From the NCBI GenBank assembly GCA_050951325.1, contig JBMNIW010000003.1:160001-224000 (forward strand): 64,000 nucleotides of DNA, read 5' to 3'. Positions 10,865 to 21,330 of the stretch are shown piece by piece. The first letter of the stretch is position 1. Each line of letters opens with the position of its first letter. The notes under the pieces were generated by a model that had not been told where the DNA came from, searched no databases, and was given only the letters and a program-made list of their open reading frames with translations. This DNA comes from Clostridia bacterium (GTDB lineage Bacteria > Bacillota > Clostridia > UBA1212 > DUPL01). The position numbers and the translations under genes are program-made.

Positions 10865-11596
10865 TTATTGCTTAATAAACATCTGTACTACAATCTTTCC
10901 GTAAACAGGACTCTGATAGATACCTATACCTGTGTCTGTATACTCTTCATTCAGGATGTTCGCCTTATGGTCATTAGATGATGTCCAAGCATAGAATGCA
11001 CCTTCAACTGTCTGATTACCAGCAATGTTCTCTGCAGCTTTTGTGAATACGATGCCGTAACATTTCATCATTTCAAAGGGCGAACCGTATGACACTGCGT
11101 GATGTGAGAAATAGTTCTTCTCAACCATGTCTTTTGCCTTATCGTATGCCACTTTGGATAATTCCGCATTGTATCTAAGCTCAGGCAGTCCGTTAGCCTG
11201 TCTCAATTCATTGACCAGATCCAATAAAACCTCAGCCTCATAATCAAGCCCTATAGTAGTCTCAGTATCGCCGTTATCGCCTGTCTCCTGGGGTGAATTC
11301 TCAAATGTAATGTATTCCGCTTTTACGCATCCAACCTTGTTTGTAACAGGATCCTGAATTATATACCATCCGTCTAGAGATGCGTATACTACGACATCCT
11401 GGTTTTTCTGCAGCGAACCTACCACGTCAAATTCCGTGCCAGGGCCACATCTCAGACTCAAGCTATCAACCGTTACTATGCCATTCTGTACATCAAGATT
11501 CTCTTCATCATTGCTTCCTGATGAGTAGTTGACAAATACCGTTAGTACAACTACAAACATAAGCAGAAATGCAAGTAATTTTGTTTTTATTGACAT
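10865..11596 (-). CDS. Secreted SH3b + CAP(SCP) domain protein
   Basis: Signal peptide, LSLRCGPGT SH3b, LVNELR...YFSH...AENIA...HKANIL. Confidence 0.85.
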   Translation of the reverse strand: MSIKTKLLAFLLMFVVVLTVFVNYSSGSNDEENLDVQNGIVTVDSLSLRCGPGTEFDVVGSLQKNQDVVVYASLDGWYIIQDPVTNKVGCVKAEYITFENSPQETGDNGDTETTIGLDYEAEVLLDLVNELRQANGLPELRYNAELSKVAYDKAKDMVEKNYFSHHAVSYGSPFEMMKCYGIVFTKAAENIAGNQTVEGAFYAWTSSNDHKANILNEEYTDTGIGIYQSPVYGKIVVQMFIKQ

Positions 11597-11692
11597 GTTT
11601 TATACCTCCAATATGTTTTCATGACATATAGAGTATTTACACATTTTAGCAGATTATTACATGTCAATAAAAATATTTTTCCAAAAACATAT

Positions 11693-11725
11693 AAAAAAAC
11701 CGACCCATCTGGAGTCGGTTGGTTT
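11693..11725 (-). terminator. Intrinsic terminator
   Basis: AACCGAC...GTCGGTT stem with A-tract on + (U-tract on -). Confidence 0.7.
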
Positions 11726-11741
11726 GTTATACATCTAAATT

Positions 11742-12374
11742 TTAATTTTCGTCTTCGAAACCAACAAATCTGTAGTCACTAATGGACTCTATAAACTGGT
11801 CATGGTATTTGTCCTTAATTTCAGCTTTACGTTCCCATACTATGACATAGTACTTTGAGCCCTTCATTGTAACATAGAAGTCGCCTACCCAGTCAGCACC
11901 ATCCTGAGTAAAGGAATAGCTTACATGCTGGTACTGCAGCTTATTGTAGGTTGCCATTGATTTATCGGATGTAAACTTGAAGTTCTCTCTTTCCTTCTCA
12001 TCCCTAATAAATCTCTTGTTGAAATAGAGATCCTGATCTGGATCCATCATCTTATCAGTTGTCTCAAGAACAGTTGTAAGTAGCAATTCAGTATCGCCAG
12101 TATAAATGCTGTACAAAGCATCTCCCCTTGCTTCGGCTGGCCACATTTCAAACAGAAGTTGGTATCTATCATCTAGTGCTCTCTCGCCTGGGTCAAAGTT
12201 TGCATCCCAGTCCTCCCTGTATCCCTGCTGAAAATAGTATCTGATGTTCTTCAATTGGTTTTGCAGTCTTGGTCCTGGATCCTTATAATCTTTACTGCCG
12301 CATCCAACAGCTGTCAAAATAACTATAATCAGGCATATAAGAACACTAGACTTCACTATCTTATTAATGCGCAC
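11742..12374 (-). CDS. Lipoprotein of unknown function
   Basis: Lipobox AVGC after a hydrophobic signal; GGAGG RBS. Confidence 0.7.
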   Translation of the reverse strand: MRINKIVKSSVLICLIIVILTAVGCGSKDYKDPGPRLQNQLKNIRYYFQQGYREDWDANFDPGERALDDRYQLLFEMWPAEARGDALYSIYTGDTELLLTTVLETTDKMMDPDQDLYFNKRFIRDEKERENFKFTSDKSMATYNKLQYQHVSYSFTQDGADWVGDFYVTMKGSKYYVIVWERKAEIKDKYHDQFIESISDYRFVGFEDEN

Positions 12375-12475
12375 CTAAAATCCCTCCAAATTCATATTTA
12401 GCAATTTAATTGTATCAGTTTACCACTGCTTAGTCAACTAGCCTTTATGTAAACTGATTATTAACTATTTGTTAC

Positions 12476-14143
12476 TCATAATTCCATTTTTTCAATAGCA
12501 GATGCAATTAATGGTATAACGTCTTTTTTCCTTGACATTAATGAAGAATATATAACATTCATTGCATCAGTTTCAATACCCAGCTCCTCTGCCACTGATT
12601 CCGCTATCCTGCCGGACAGCTGTAACTCTGTAGTTTTGTTATTCAAATCAGTAATCATCATGACCAAAAGCGCATAGTTCTCACTCTCTGCTTTCATGTT
12701 CATATATTCAATCAGAGCTGACTTGATTTTCGAAATCTTCTCATGCTCGTATACAGTAACCTGGCCAACACCAATCTCATAACCATGCAAAGTATAACGC
12801 TTGAAATCCTGATTGAATATTTCGGCAGGAGTTTTGACACCTACTGCCGTTCCCGCCTTAAACATTTCAGTGGCAAATTCATCAATATCAATACCCGCAA
12901 TAGAGGCAAGTTTAAGAGCTGTTTGGTAATCCCTGACGGTTGATGTAGAAGACTGAAACTTTAATGTGTCGGACACTATTGCCGCACATAAAATTCCAGC
13001 TATTTTACTAGACGGTCTCTTTCCATTTTTCACAAACAGATCGGCTATGATGGTAGATGTACTTCCCACAGGCTCGTTTATAAACAATATTGGTCTTGAT
13101 GTTGTAAGGTCGCCCAGTTTGTGGTGATCTATAATTTCAAGAATCTCTGCTTCCTCTATTCCCTTAACGGTTTGTGATTTCTCATTGTGGTCAAGAAGAA
13201 TCACACGCTTTTTCTTATGGGAAATAAGGTGATATCTTGAAATCAAACCTACCACATGGCCTTCCGAGTCAACAACAGGATAACTGCTGTGCCTGTGTTT
13301 GAGCATTCGTTCTCTTACATCTTCAACATAGTCGTCTATGTGGAACTTGACAATGGCACCCCCCTTGTCTCCAGTCATGATTGAACCAACCGGGATGCTT
13401 TGGTTGATCAATCTGGCAGTGGTAAAAGAATCGTACAACGTCTTTATTACTACTGCCTTCTTCTCCTCTGCAATCTTTTGTACCTCTTCACAGGGCATGG
13501 AACCGCAGGTCAGTATTAGAGTGTTGGCTCCAAGTCTAAGGGCTTCCTTTTGGGCATCAACCCTGTTACCTGTGATAACAATATCACCACTTTCTATATA
13601 ATCTCCATAACCATCAGGCGAATTTGCAGCTACAACAATCTTCCCGGGAGAATTGTAATACTCCCTTTTGCCTCCCACAATTACCCCGCCTATGGTTTCG
13701 AGTATATTATCTATTTTTGTATTGCATGCAGCCAGGCTGTTGAAGTCATGGGCGTCCATGTATTTGCCTGTGATATTTGACAAAGAGACGATTCCAATAA
13801 GCTTTTCATTCTCATCCACAACGGGATATGTCTTAATTCTAGTCTCCTGCATTTTACTCCATGCAATCTTTATCGATATGTCATAGGACAGATTGTCCAC
13901 CAAGTCTATTTCAAGGTCGCTTACTTGCGTCTTTACATTATTAAGATACTTGGGCAACGGGACATCAAAATAATCGAGAATAAATCTGGTTTCCTCGTTG
14001 ATTTCTCCCAATCTGCAAGCCACTGCATTGAACCCGAGTTTTCTCTTCAGATCCGCATATGCAATCGATGCGCAAATTGAATCCGTATCTGGTTTTTTAT
14101 GACCAAAAATGTAAATAACATCTTCCATAAAATCACCTGTCAC
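12476..14143 (-). CDS. ppaC: Mn-dependent family II pyrophosphatase with CBS-DRTGG insert
   Basis: GHKKPDTDSI, CBS pair, DHNE, DHH, SRKK. Confidence 0.92.
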   Translation of the reverse strand: MTGDFMEDVIYIFGHKKPDTDSICASIAYADLKRKLGFNAVACRLGEINEETRFILDYFDVPLPKYLNNVKTQVSDLEIDLVDNLSYDISIKIAWSKMQETRIKTYPVVDENEKLIGIVSLSNITGKYMDAHDFNSLAACNTKIDNILETIGGVIVGGKREYYNSPGKIVVAANSPDGYGDYIESGDIVITGNRVDAQKEALRLGANTLILTCGSMPCEEVQKIAEEKKAVVIKTLYDSFTTARLINQSIPVGSIMTGDKGGAIVKFHIDDYVEDVRERMLKHRHSSYPVVDSEGHVVGLISRYHLISHKKKRVILLDHNEKSQTVKGIEEAEILEIIDHHKLGDLTTSRPILFINEPVGSTSTIIADLFVKNGKRPSSKIAGILCAAIVSDTLKFQSSTSTVRDYQTALKLASIAGIDIDEFATEMFKAGTAVGVKTPAEIFNQDFKRYTLHGYEIGVGQVTVYEHEKISKIKSALIEYMNMKAESENYALLVMMITDLNNKTTELQLSGRIAESVAEELGIETDAMNVIYSSLMSRKKDVIPLIASAIEKMEL

Positions 14144-14994
14144 TTGCCTATATCCCTATGCTCCAAAGAAAGTCTGTACCCAAGAACCTTTAACTGTTTG
14201 ACAAGTTCATTTGCTATTGCAACACTTCTGTGTTTGCCTCCAGTGCATCCTATTCCAATTGTCAATGCCTGTTTGCCTTCCAATTGGTAAAGAGGAAGTA
14301 AAAACTGGAGCATATCGAAGAGCTTTTTCATAAACCCTTTTGTCTCTTCAGCACCCAATACATAATCCTTTACCCTCTCATCGTTTCCGGTGTAGTGCCT
14401 CAACTCAGGAACGTAAAACGGATTGGATATGAATCTGACGTCGAATAAAAGATCACATGCAATCGGCAAACCATATTTATACCCAAAAGAAACCACATGG
14501 ACAATAAGTTCCGTCTGACTGGTGTCATCCTTAAACAATTCAAACATCTTGTTCTTAAGATCCCAGACAGAAAAATTGGTTGTGTCAATAACGTGGTCAG
14601 ATTGCCCCTTTAAAGGAGACAGCCTCTGCCTTTCCAACCTTATTCCTTCGAGATTGTTTCCGGATTGGGCAAGAGGATGCAGTCTTCGGTTCTCCTTATA
14701 TCTATTAATCAAAACCTCATCCGAACAATCCAAAAATAAAATGGATACATCCACATTTGCTTTTTTCATGTCATCCATGAAAGTAATAAGATCGTTGAAA
14801 AAGTCTCCGCTTCTTACGTCCATTACAAGGGCAAGTTTGTCTGTTTTCATCTCATTCATCAAATACAACTCGCCAAATTTCGGTAACAGCATCGGAGGCA
14901 TGTTATCTATGCAGAAGTATCCCAGATCTTCAAGAAACTTTGTAGCTTGTGTACGTCCCGCACCGGACATTCCTGTAACAATTAATACTTTCAA
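14140..14994 (-). CDS. rapZ: RNase adapter RapZ/YvcJ
   Basis: TGMSGAG, SFGYKYG, DVRF, GCTGGKHRSV. Confidence 0.93.
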   Translation of the reverse strand: MKVLIVTGMSGAGRTQATKFLEDLGYFCIDNMPPMLLPKFGELYLMNEMKTDKLALVMDVRSGDFFNDLITFMDDMKKANVDVSILFLDCSDEVLINRYKENRRLHPLAQSGNNLEGIRLERQRLSPLKGQSDHVIDTTNFSVWDLKNKMFELFKDDTSQTELIVHVVSFGYKYGLPIACDLLFDVRFISNPFYVPELRHYTGNDERVKDYVLGAEETKGFMKKLFDMLQFLLPLYQLEGKQALTIGIGCTGGKHRSVAIANELVKQLKVLGYRLSLEHRDIGK

Positions 14995-15022
14995 ATGCTA
15001 TACCACTTTCTTTTTGATTTTC

Positions 15023-15982
15023 TTACCATATAATCTTTACTTCGGGTTCCAATATAACTCCTGTCATATTATACACTACATCCTTTACATGCTCAATAAC
15101 TTTGACCACATCATTAAAAGATGCATTTCCCCGATTGATTACAAAACCACTGTGTTTTTCAGAAACCTGGGCATCTCCATAACTGTAACCCTTTAGACCG
15201 CATTCTTCAATAAGTTTTGCAGCGTAATTCCCTTTTGGTCTTTTGAAAGTACTTCCAGCGCTTGGATACTCAAGAGGCTGTTTTGCCCTTCTTCTTTCAT
15301 TGAGTTCTTTCATTTTTTCTTCAATAACGCTTTTGTCTTCTACCTTTTCCAGCTGAAAGGTTCCATCGAGAATAATGTCTCCAGTTTTCTGAAAAATACT
15401 CATTCTATAATCGAACAACAAGTCCTTGTTGTCCCTTTCGCAAACCGCTTCATTTATTCTGTCATAATCCAAATATGGGAGCCTGTTTACATCCACATAC
15501 CTGCTTTTTGCACATACATTCCTTATCTCGCCATCGTATGCACCGGCATTCATTAAAATGCCTCCACCTACGGAACCGGGTATCCCGGATGCAAACTCCA
15601 ATCCCTTCAAGGAGTATCCCAGCGCCGCCTTGGCCAGCCTCGGCAATAAAACGCCACTCCCGGCAGTCAGCCTGTCGTCATCAACACTGATGTTTTGAAA
15701 CTCTCCCTCTGTTTTTATAACCACACCATCATAACCCCTGCACGAAACAAGCAGATTGCTGCCATTACCGACTACCATATACTTGACATCATAATCAATA
15801 CATGCCTTTAAAACTTCTAGCAATGAGCCGGTATCAAAAACAGTTACAAAATATCTTGCAGGGCCACCTATTCTAAAAGTAGTGTGGTTTTTCATTGGCT
15901 CATTTTCCATGATATCAATATCATCGATATTAAACAAGTTATCCTTAAACAAACTGTTCACTTTTTCACTTCCATGGATCAA
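15023..15982 (-). CDS. murB: UDP-N-acetylmuramate dehydrogenase
   Basis: HTTFRIGGPA, GNGSN, GIPGSVGG, QPLEYPSAGS, LEPEV. Confidence 0.94.
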   Translation of the reverse strand: MIHGSEKVNSLFKDNLFNIDDIDIMENEPMKNHTTFRIGGPARYFVTVFDTGSLLEVLKACIDYDVKYMVVGNGSNLLVSCRGYDGVVIKTEGEFQNISVDDDRLTAGSGVLLPRLAKAALGYSLKGLEFASGIPGSVGGGILMNAGAYDGEIRNVCAKSRYVDVNRLPYLDYDRINEAVCERDNKDLLFDYRMSIFQKTGDIILDGTFQLEKVEDKSVIEEKMKELNERRRAKQPLEYPSAGSTFKRPKGNYAAKLIEECGLKGYSYGDAQVSEKHSGFVINRGNASFNDVVKVIEHVKDVVYNMTGVILEPEVKIIW

Positions 15983-16928
15983 TATTTCTCACACTTCCCA
16001 GTTTCTCGTCCGGATTGCCAAAAGTCCTGGATTCAAGTTCTTTTGCCGCATTGTAGCCAAAGTCCTTTTGCCTGTTGTTCATGGCAGCTACTTCAACTAT
16101 GACAGCAAGATTTCTTCCAGGCCTTACAGGGATAGTCAGTGAAGGCACTTCTATTCCAAGTATATTCGTATATTGATCCGTTATTCCTACCCTGTCATAT
16201 TCCTTGCCCTTCTGCCAGTTTTCCAGCTTTACAACCAGCTTGATGTTCTCCGTTATCTTAACAGAACCTATGCCATACAGTCTTCTAATATCGATGAAAC
16301 CAAGGCCACGTATCTCTATCAAATGCCTTATGGTCTCAGGCGCTGAACCTACCAGGGTTTTGTTGGATACTCTCCTAACCTCCACTACGTCATCAGCCAC
16401 CAGGCGGTGACCTCTCTTTACGAGTTCAAGAGCGGTTTCACTTTTTCCAACTCCGCTTTCACCCATAATGAGAACACCTTCACCATAAACCTCTACAAGG
16501 CCTGCATGCAGAGTTTGTCTTGGAGCCAGCTGTACGGAAAGGTATCTGTTCAATGAGCTGAACAGTTCCGTTGTGGCTTCATGGTGACTCATGACAGGTA
16601 TGTTGTATTTGTTTGCAATTTGAATCAGTTCTGGAAAAACTTCAAGGCCCCTTGCCACAATAAGGCATGGAAAGCCTTCAGAAAAGAGTTTGTCGATTTT
16701 TTTCTTTCTTGTCTGCAGGGAAAGTTCTTTTAAATATGAGTACTCAACCATTCCCATAAGCTGGATTCTGTCATTGGAAAAGTGGTTCGTATAACCTGCT
16801 AGTTCAAGACCAGGCCTGTTTATATCTTTTGTTTCAATTTCAATAGTCTTGACCTGCTCCTCACAGCAAAGAACCTTAAGTTGAAATTCTTCAATTATTT
16901 TCTCCAATTTCACTGAATATTTGTACAT
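15966..16928 (-). CDS. hprK: HPr kinase/phosphorylase
   Basis: GESGVGKSETALEL, GHRLVADD, EIRGLG, PGRNLA. Confidence 0.96.
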   Translation of the reverse strand: MYKYSVKLEKIIEEFQLKVLCCEEQVKTIEIETKDINRPGLELAGYTNHFSNDRIQLMGMVEYSYLKELSLQTRKKKIDKLFSEGFPCLIVARGLEVFPELIQIANKYNIPVMSHHEATTELFSSLNRYLSVQLAPRQTLHAGLVEVYGEGVLIMGESGVGKSETALELVKRGHRLVADDVVEVRRVSNKTLVGSAPETIRHLIEIRGLGFIDIRRLYGIGSVKITENIKLVVKLENWQKGKEYDRVGITDQYTNILGIEVPSLTIPVRPGRNLAVIVEVAAMNNRQKDFGYNAAKELESRTFGNPDEKLGSVRNIDPWK

Positions 16929-16992
16929 TGAGAGACTCCCTTTATGTATTCAAAATTAATTGTAACATAAAAACAGAATCCAAACAATATTT

Positions 16993-17685
16993 TTATTGTA
17001 AATTAAATCTGTATCCGGCCCCCCATACAGTCTCAATATACTTGGGTTTTTGTGTATCTGTTTCAATCTTGTCTCTCAGTCTGTTAATATGCACAGTCAC
17101 GGTTGAAGTTTCGCCCATGGAGTCAAATCCCCAAATTTTATCAAACAAGGCATCCTTTGAAAACACAACATTGGGATTCATTGCAAGAAACAGAAGAAGG
17201 TCAAACTCCTTGTTGGCCAAAATTACTTCCTTCTCATTCTTGAAAACACGCCTTGCCTTCACATCTATTCTGAGATCTCCAACCTCAATAACTTCAGACT
17301 TGTCCTGCTGCTTGTTGCTGAGGCGCTCGTATCTGTTAATATGGGCTTTTACTCTTGCCACTAATTCGCTGGGACTAAATGGCTTAACAATATAGTCATC
17401 CGCCCCAAGGCCAAGCCCCCTAATCTTGTCAATATCATCCTTCTTAGCGGATACAAACAAAATTGGCGTATCCTTGTCCCTTCTAAGTATCCTGCATATT
17501 TCAAACCCGTCAATGCCAGGCAGCATGATATCCAGTATTATCAAATCATAATCGTTTTCAAGAGCTTTTTTCAAACCACTTTCGCCTGTAAGCTCAATAT
17601 CCGTTTCAAATCCGTTGGCTTCCAGATAATCTCTTTCCAACGATGCAATATTCTTATCATCTTCCACTATCAAAACTTTCTTCAT
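16993..17685 (-). CDS. OmpR-family response regulator
   Basis: VEDD, LDIMLP, GADDYIVKPF, ETVWGAGY. Confidence 0.93.
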   Translation of the reverse strand: MKKVLIVEDDKNIASLERDYLEANGFETDIELTGESGLKKALENDYDLIILDIMLPGIDGFEICRILRRDKDTPILFVSAKKDDIDKIRGLGLGADDYIVKPFSPSELVARVKAHINRYERLSNKQQDKSEVIEVGDLRIDVKARRVFKNEKEVILANKEFDLLLFLAMNPNVVFSKDALFDKIWGFDSMGETSTVTVHINRLRDKIETDTQKPKYIETVWGAGYRFNLQ

Positions 17686-19208
17686 TCAATCCCCTCCTTA
17701 TTGCCGCTTTTAATTATGTTCATTTCAATAATTATTGTAAGTCCTTCTCCAACATTACTCCTTGCATATATCCTTCCATCATGTGCCTCAATTATTTGTC
17801 TAGCTATTGCAAGACCAAGACCACTTCCGCTAACAGGATTCGTTCTTGCAGGATCATTTCTATAGAAAGAATCAAATATTTTTTCCGCAGCATGGGCGGG
17901 TACTCCCACTCCGTCATCCTTCAATTCTATTCTAACAATATCTTCTTCTTTTTCAACCGATATGTCAAGCCTTCCTATTTCATTAACCTTGTACTTGGCG
18001 GTATTGTCTGCAATATTTAGAAGAACCCTGCTGAACTGATTCTTGTCAATATTGACATACACCTTTTCTTTTATAAGGTTTGTAAATGTCAGGACCACAT
18101 TCCGCTTTTCCAAACTGAACATTAGGTCATCACAGCAAAAACTCAAATACTCAACAATATCAGTCTTCTCGAAGTTAAAAGCAACCCTGTCAAGATCAAG
18201 CTTTGAAAACAGGAATAGTTCATCAACCAGATTACCCATTTCTTCTGCCGTATTGTATATGGTGGTAAGATACTGCTGTTGTTTTTCAGGACTGTCGGCA
18301 ATTCCATCAATAAGTCCTGCAACGTATCCCTTGATGGAAGTAAGCGGTGTGCGCAAGTCGTGGGAGATTCCAGCAATCATTTCTTTCTTGTGTTCTTCCT
18401 GCCTGCGCTGGTTCATTGTTGACTCATATAGCTTACTTCTCATAAAGTCAAAAGTCTGTATGACTTCCGTCACTTCATCGTTGGTGTCATCCTCAATCTC
18501 AAAATCCAAATTACCCTCTGCAATCATCCTTGCTCCTTCCTTCAGTTTGTACAAGGACTTCGTAATGCTGTTTGACACCATGGCGACAATAACCATGTTA
18601 AGAATAATTATTACAATGGTACCTATAAATGAAATGGAAAGGATGGAATCCTTCAACCTTCTTATTCTGTCTGCCTGAAACTTGTCATTGTCCTTCAAAA
18701 GCTCCCTTGCTCCTACCTTTTCATTTACAAGCAATATTTCCGCCACCTTGCCGTCATCCAAAGCCAAATCCGTTCTGTAAACGAAACTTGATGTGTCTGA
18801 ATACATGACAGCCGTGTGGTTATTGACGTCTGCATCGGTTACGTTACAGGCAATTCTGTAAATATCGTCATTTTCGTAACCTTCCGTGCGGTATGTGGTC
18901 ATCTGGTCCACCTTTATCTCCACCAAAGTGCCTGATTTGTCCAGCAATTCACTAATCACGGAGAAATACTTGGATTTCTTGATGTTTCCTCCTGTTTCTT
19001 TGGTCATTTTCATCAAGTTGTTAAAAACCGACTGAAGCTCGTACACTGAAATACTGTCTTCAGATCTGAAATTGACACTCTCAATCTCATACGTGTCATA
19101 GTCGTTTATAAAGACACGTATGATATAGAAAGTTATAACCAACACCAGCGTGAGCAATAGCAGCAGCATTGTAATGTTTGATAGAAGAATCTTCTTTTTT
19201 ATAGTCAC
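17682..19208 (-). CDS. Membrane sensor histidine kinase with HAMP domain
   Basis: Two TMs, SHDLRTPL H-box, DDGVG, GSGLGL. Confidence 0.93.
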   Translation of the reverse strand: MTIKKKILLSNITMLLLLLTLVLVITFYIIRVFINDYDTYEIESVNFRSEDSISVYELQSVFNNLMKMTKETGGNIKKSKYFSVISELLDKSGTLVEIKVDQMTTYRTEGYENDDIYRIACNVTDADVNNHTAVMYSDTSSFVYRTDLALDDGKVAEILLVNEKVGARELLKDNDKFQADRIRRLKDSILSISFIGTIVIIILNMVIVAMVSNSITKSLYKLKEGARMIAEGNLDFEIEDDTNDEVTEVIQTFDFMRSKLYESTMNQRRQEEHKKEMIAGISHDLRTPLTSIKGYVAGLIDGIADSPEKQQQYLTTIYNTAEEMGNLVDELFLFSKLDLDRVAFNFEKTDIVEYLSFCCDDLMFSLEKRNVVLTFTNLIKEKVYVNIDKNQFSRVLLNIADNTAKYKVNEIGRLDISVEKEEDIVRIELKDDGVGVPAHAAEKIFDSFYRNDPARTNPVSGSGLGLAIARQIIEAHDGRIYARSNVGEGLTIIIEMNIIKSGNKEGIE

Positions 19209-19292
19209 AAATTAACACCCATTATCTAAATATTCACACCCACATAATACTCTGTTTTATGCAAATATTTATAACTGTTTTATAAAAAATAT

Positions 19293-19886
19293 CTAAATTA
19301 TGATGAAAATTATAAGCAACAGAGCTGCAAGGCCTATGATTGCACCACCCGCATACTTGTAGACATTCAAATCTTCCCATTTTGGTATCTCTTCCCTGCT
19401 TCTTCTGCCCACAATGTACCAAAGCTCTTCCGCTTTGATTATGACAAACAAACCGGAAACAAAAAGCAAAAATATGAGTATGGCCTGAGGCACCGTTAAT
19501 ACCGGAGGCTTTCCAAATATCATATACAAAAAGACTCTTTTGCTGATAACATCAAAAGGTTCCGTCTCCAAAACATCATATTGGGGCAAAGCCTCAATCT
19601 TCGCATCTTTTCGATTTGTACCGACAACTCTGTAGTTGTACTCATAATCATCGAAAATAATCATCCACTCGTTGTCGCCCTTGTACTCCAGCGTTGCGTC
19701 CAACTTGTCCCTATCTATAAAATAAAATTCATACTCTGTAAAATCGTCTTTTGTCTCCCCCTTGTCGTATCTTACATTGTCAACCACGCCCTGATGGTTG
19801 CCAATGTTCCATCTGACAAGGAAGGTCAGGATGCTTATGCAAAGCATGCATCCCAGCAAAATGGCAATATTCCTGCCTTTATTCAC
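19293..19886 (-). CDS. Hypothetical membrane protein
   Basis: N-terminal TM plus two C-terminal TMs; GAGGTG RBS. Confidence 0.6.
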   Translation of the reverse strand: MNKGRNIAILLGCMLCISILTFLVRWNIGNHQGVVDNVRYDKGETKDDFTEYEFYFIDRDKLDATLEYKGDNEWMIIFDDYEYNYRVVGTNRKDAKIEALPQYDVLETEPFDVISKRVFLYMIFGKPPVLTVPQAILIFLLFVSGLFVIIKAEELWYIVGRRSREEIPKWEDLNVYKYAGGAIIGLAALLLIIFIII

Positions 19887-19895
19887 ACAATCACC

Positions 19896-21143
19896 TCATT
19901 TATCCGCATTCAGATAAAGCTCCAGAGCAGTCTTTGGACTGTCTTCGCCTTCTTTGTTCTTTACAGGAGCAAATTCCTCTTCCCTTTTGACTCTCAATAT
20001 GGCAATATCATCAAAGTATGAAAAGGCATCGAATATGAAAGCTTCAAACTTGTATGCATTTGGCTTGTCCGCTAAAACCTTTTCGCCCTTTTCATTTATA
20101 TAATCAGTCTTCTTGAAGGCCACATGATATGGAAGGCCCCTGCCACCCATTTTCTCAAATACCGAGATATTGAATAAATTCAATAAAATGTGGGCGTCTC
20201 CATATACCAGATTCCCTTTTTCATCCCTCAGATTGGCCATTTCCTCCGATATCTCAGTGTATTCTATAACGGAAGGTCTTCCTTTTACCTTGCAAAATAC
20301 GCCGACCTTTTCACAAGGTCCTCTTTTTACAAGAGATTTGCATCCTATCATGCTGCCCTTTTCACTTACATAACCTAGGAACAAAAGATCATCGGGTCTT
20401 GTAAGTACATTGTCAATACCACATGTAAATATCCACTTTATATTTCTTCTTTTCATATCATCAAGAACACCGGATTCAATCATGGCTCTGAATATACCGC
20501 CATGACCGTCAGCTCCTTCCTTGATGCGGTTCTTTTCCTCAAGAACAATCCTGCCGTTTTCCAGCATCATAGGCAGCATTCTTTGTGTGAAGAATATTAT
20601 ATTTTCCTTGTCGTATCCAAAATAGTTGTTTGCTTCAAAAAATGCTTTTGTATCCGCATCATTTTCCTTACTGGTCATAATATACCAAGGGACATTGAAT
20701 CCCATGTTCCTAATTCTTTCACACTGTATTTCAAACAGGGATTTTCCAATTCCAATGTCAAAAGTGCCTTTGGGTCCGGTATGACCAAGCCTTGTACCCT
20801 GCCCGCCTGCCATTGTAACAACCGCATATTCACCATTTTCACAGATTTTTCTTCCTATTGCCTTGTAGCGATCTTTGTTCACGCTTGATATTTCATCTTT
20901 GTCGGTATATGCCATTGGCTGGATGTCACTTGGATCAGTTTTCTCATCACTTCCTTTTTGAGCCATCTCATAAAGCTCGCTTATTAACTCAAAATCAATC
21001 CCCTTTATCTGCGATATCAGATTCGTCTTGCCATCTTCATCCAGTTCGTCATAAAAGCCAAGCAAATGTTCCTGATTGTACTTTTTTAGCATCTTAACCA
21101 AATCCACCAAACTATCAACCCCTAAAAGTATTCTTAAGTACAT
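19896..21143 (-). CDS. UDPGP type-1 family nucleotidyltransferase (UAP1-like)
   Basis: AGGQGTRLG...PKG, WYIMTS, DGHGG, IDN, KFEAFIFD, EFAPVKN. True start is probably about 30 nt shorter. Confidence 0.88.
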   Translation of the reverse strand: MYLRILLGVDSLVDLVKMLKKYNQEHLLGFYDELDEDGKTNLISQIKGIDFELISELYEMAQKGSDEKTDPSDIQPMAYTDKDEISSVNKDRYKAIGRKICENGEYAVVTMAGGQGTRLGHTGPKGTFDIGIGKSLFEIQCERIRNMGFNVPWYIMTSKENDADTKAFFEANNYFGYDKENIIFFTQRMLPMMLENGRIVLEEKNRIKEGADGHGGIFRAMIESGVLDDMKRRNIKWIFTCGIDNVLTRPDDLLFLGYVSEKGSMIGCKSLVKRGPCEKVGVFCKVKGRPSVIEYTEISEEMANLRDEKGNLVYGDAHILLNLFNISVFEKMGGRGLPYHVAFKKTDYINEKGEKVLADKPNAYKFEAFIFDAFSYFDDIAILRVKREEEFAPVKNKEGEDSPKTALELYLNADK

Positions 21144-21282
21144 CTAATGCAATACCACATATATGATACCTCTTGTTCCACAAACGAGCTCTTGCAGAAT
21201 GCTGTCATTCATCCCGTGCATATAATTATACAGAAAATAGAAGAGCTGTGCAAATGCTACAGCCCTTATGAACAAAACTGGC

Positions 21283-21327
21283 AATGCAACCCAGGAGGAT
21301 TTTGCAGCCTCCAGGGTTGCATTTTTT
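21283..21327. terminator. Strong hairpin downstream of the CotH gene
   Basis: AATGCAACCC-AGGAGG...CCTCC-AGGGTTGCATT followed by T-tract on +. Confidence 0.6.
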
Positions 21328-21330
21328 CTT

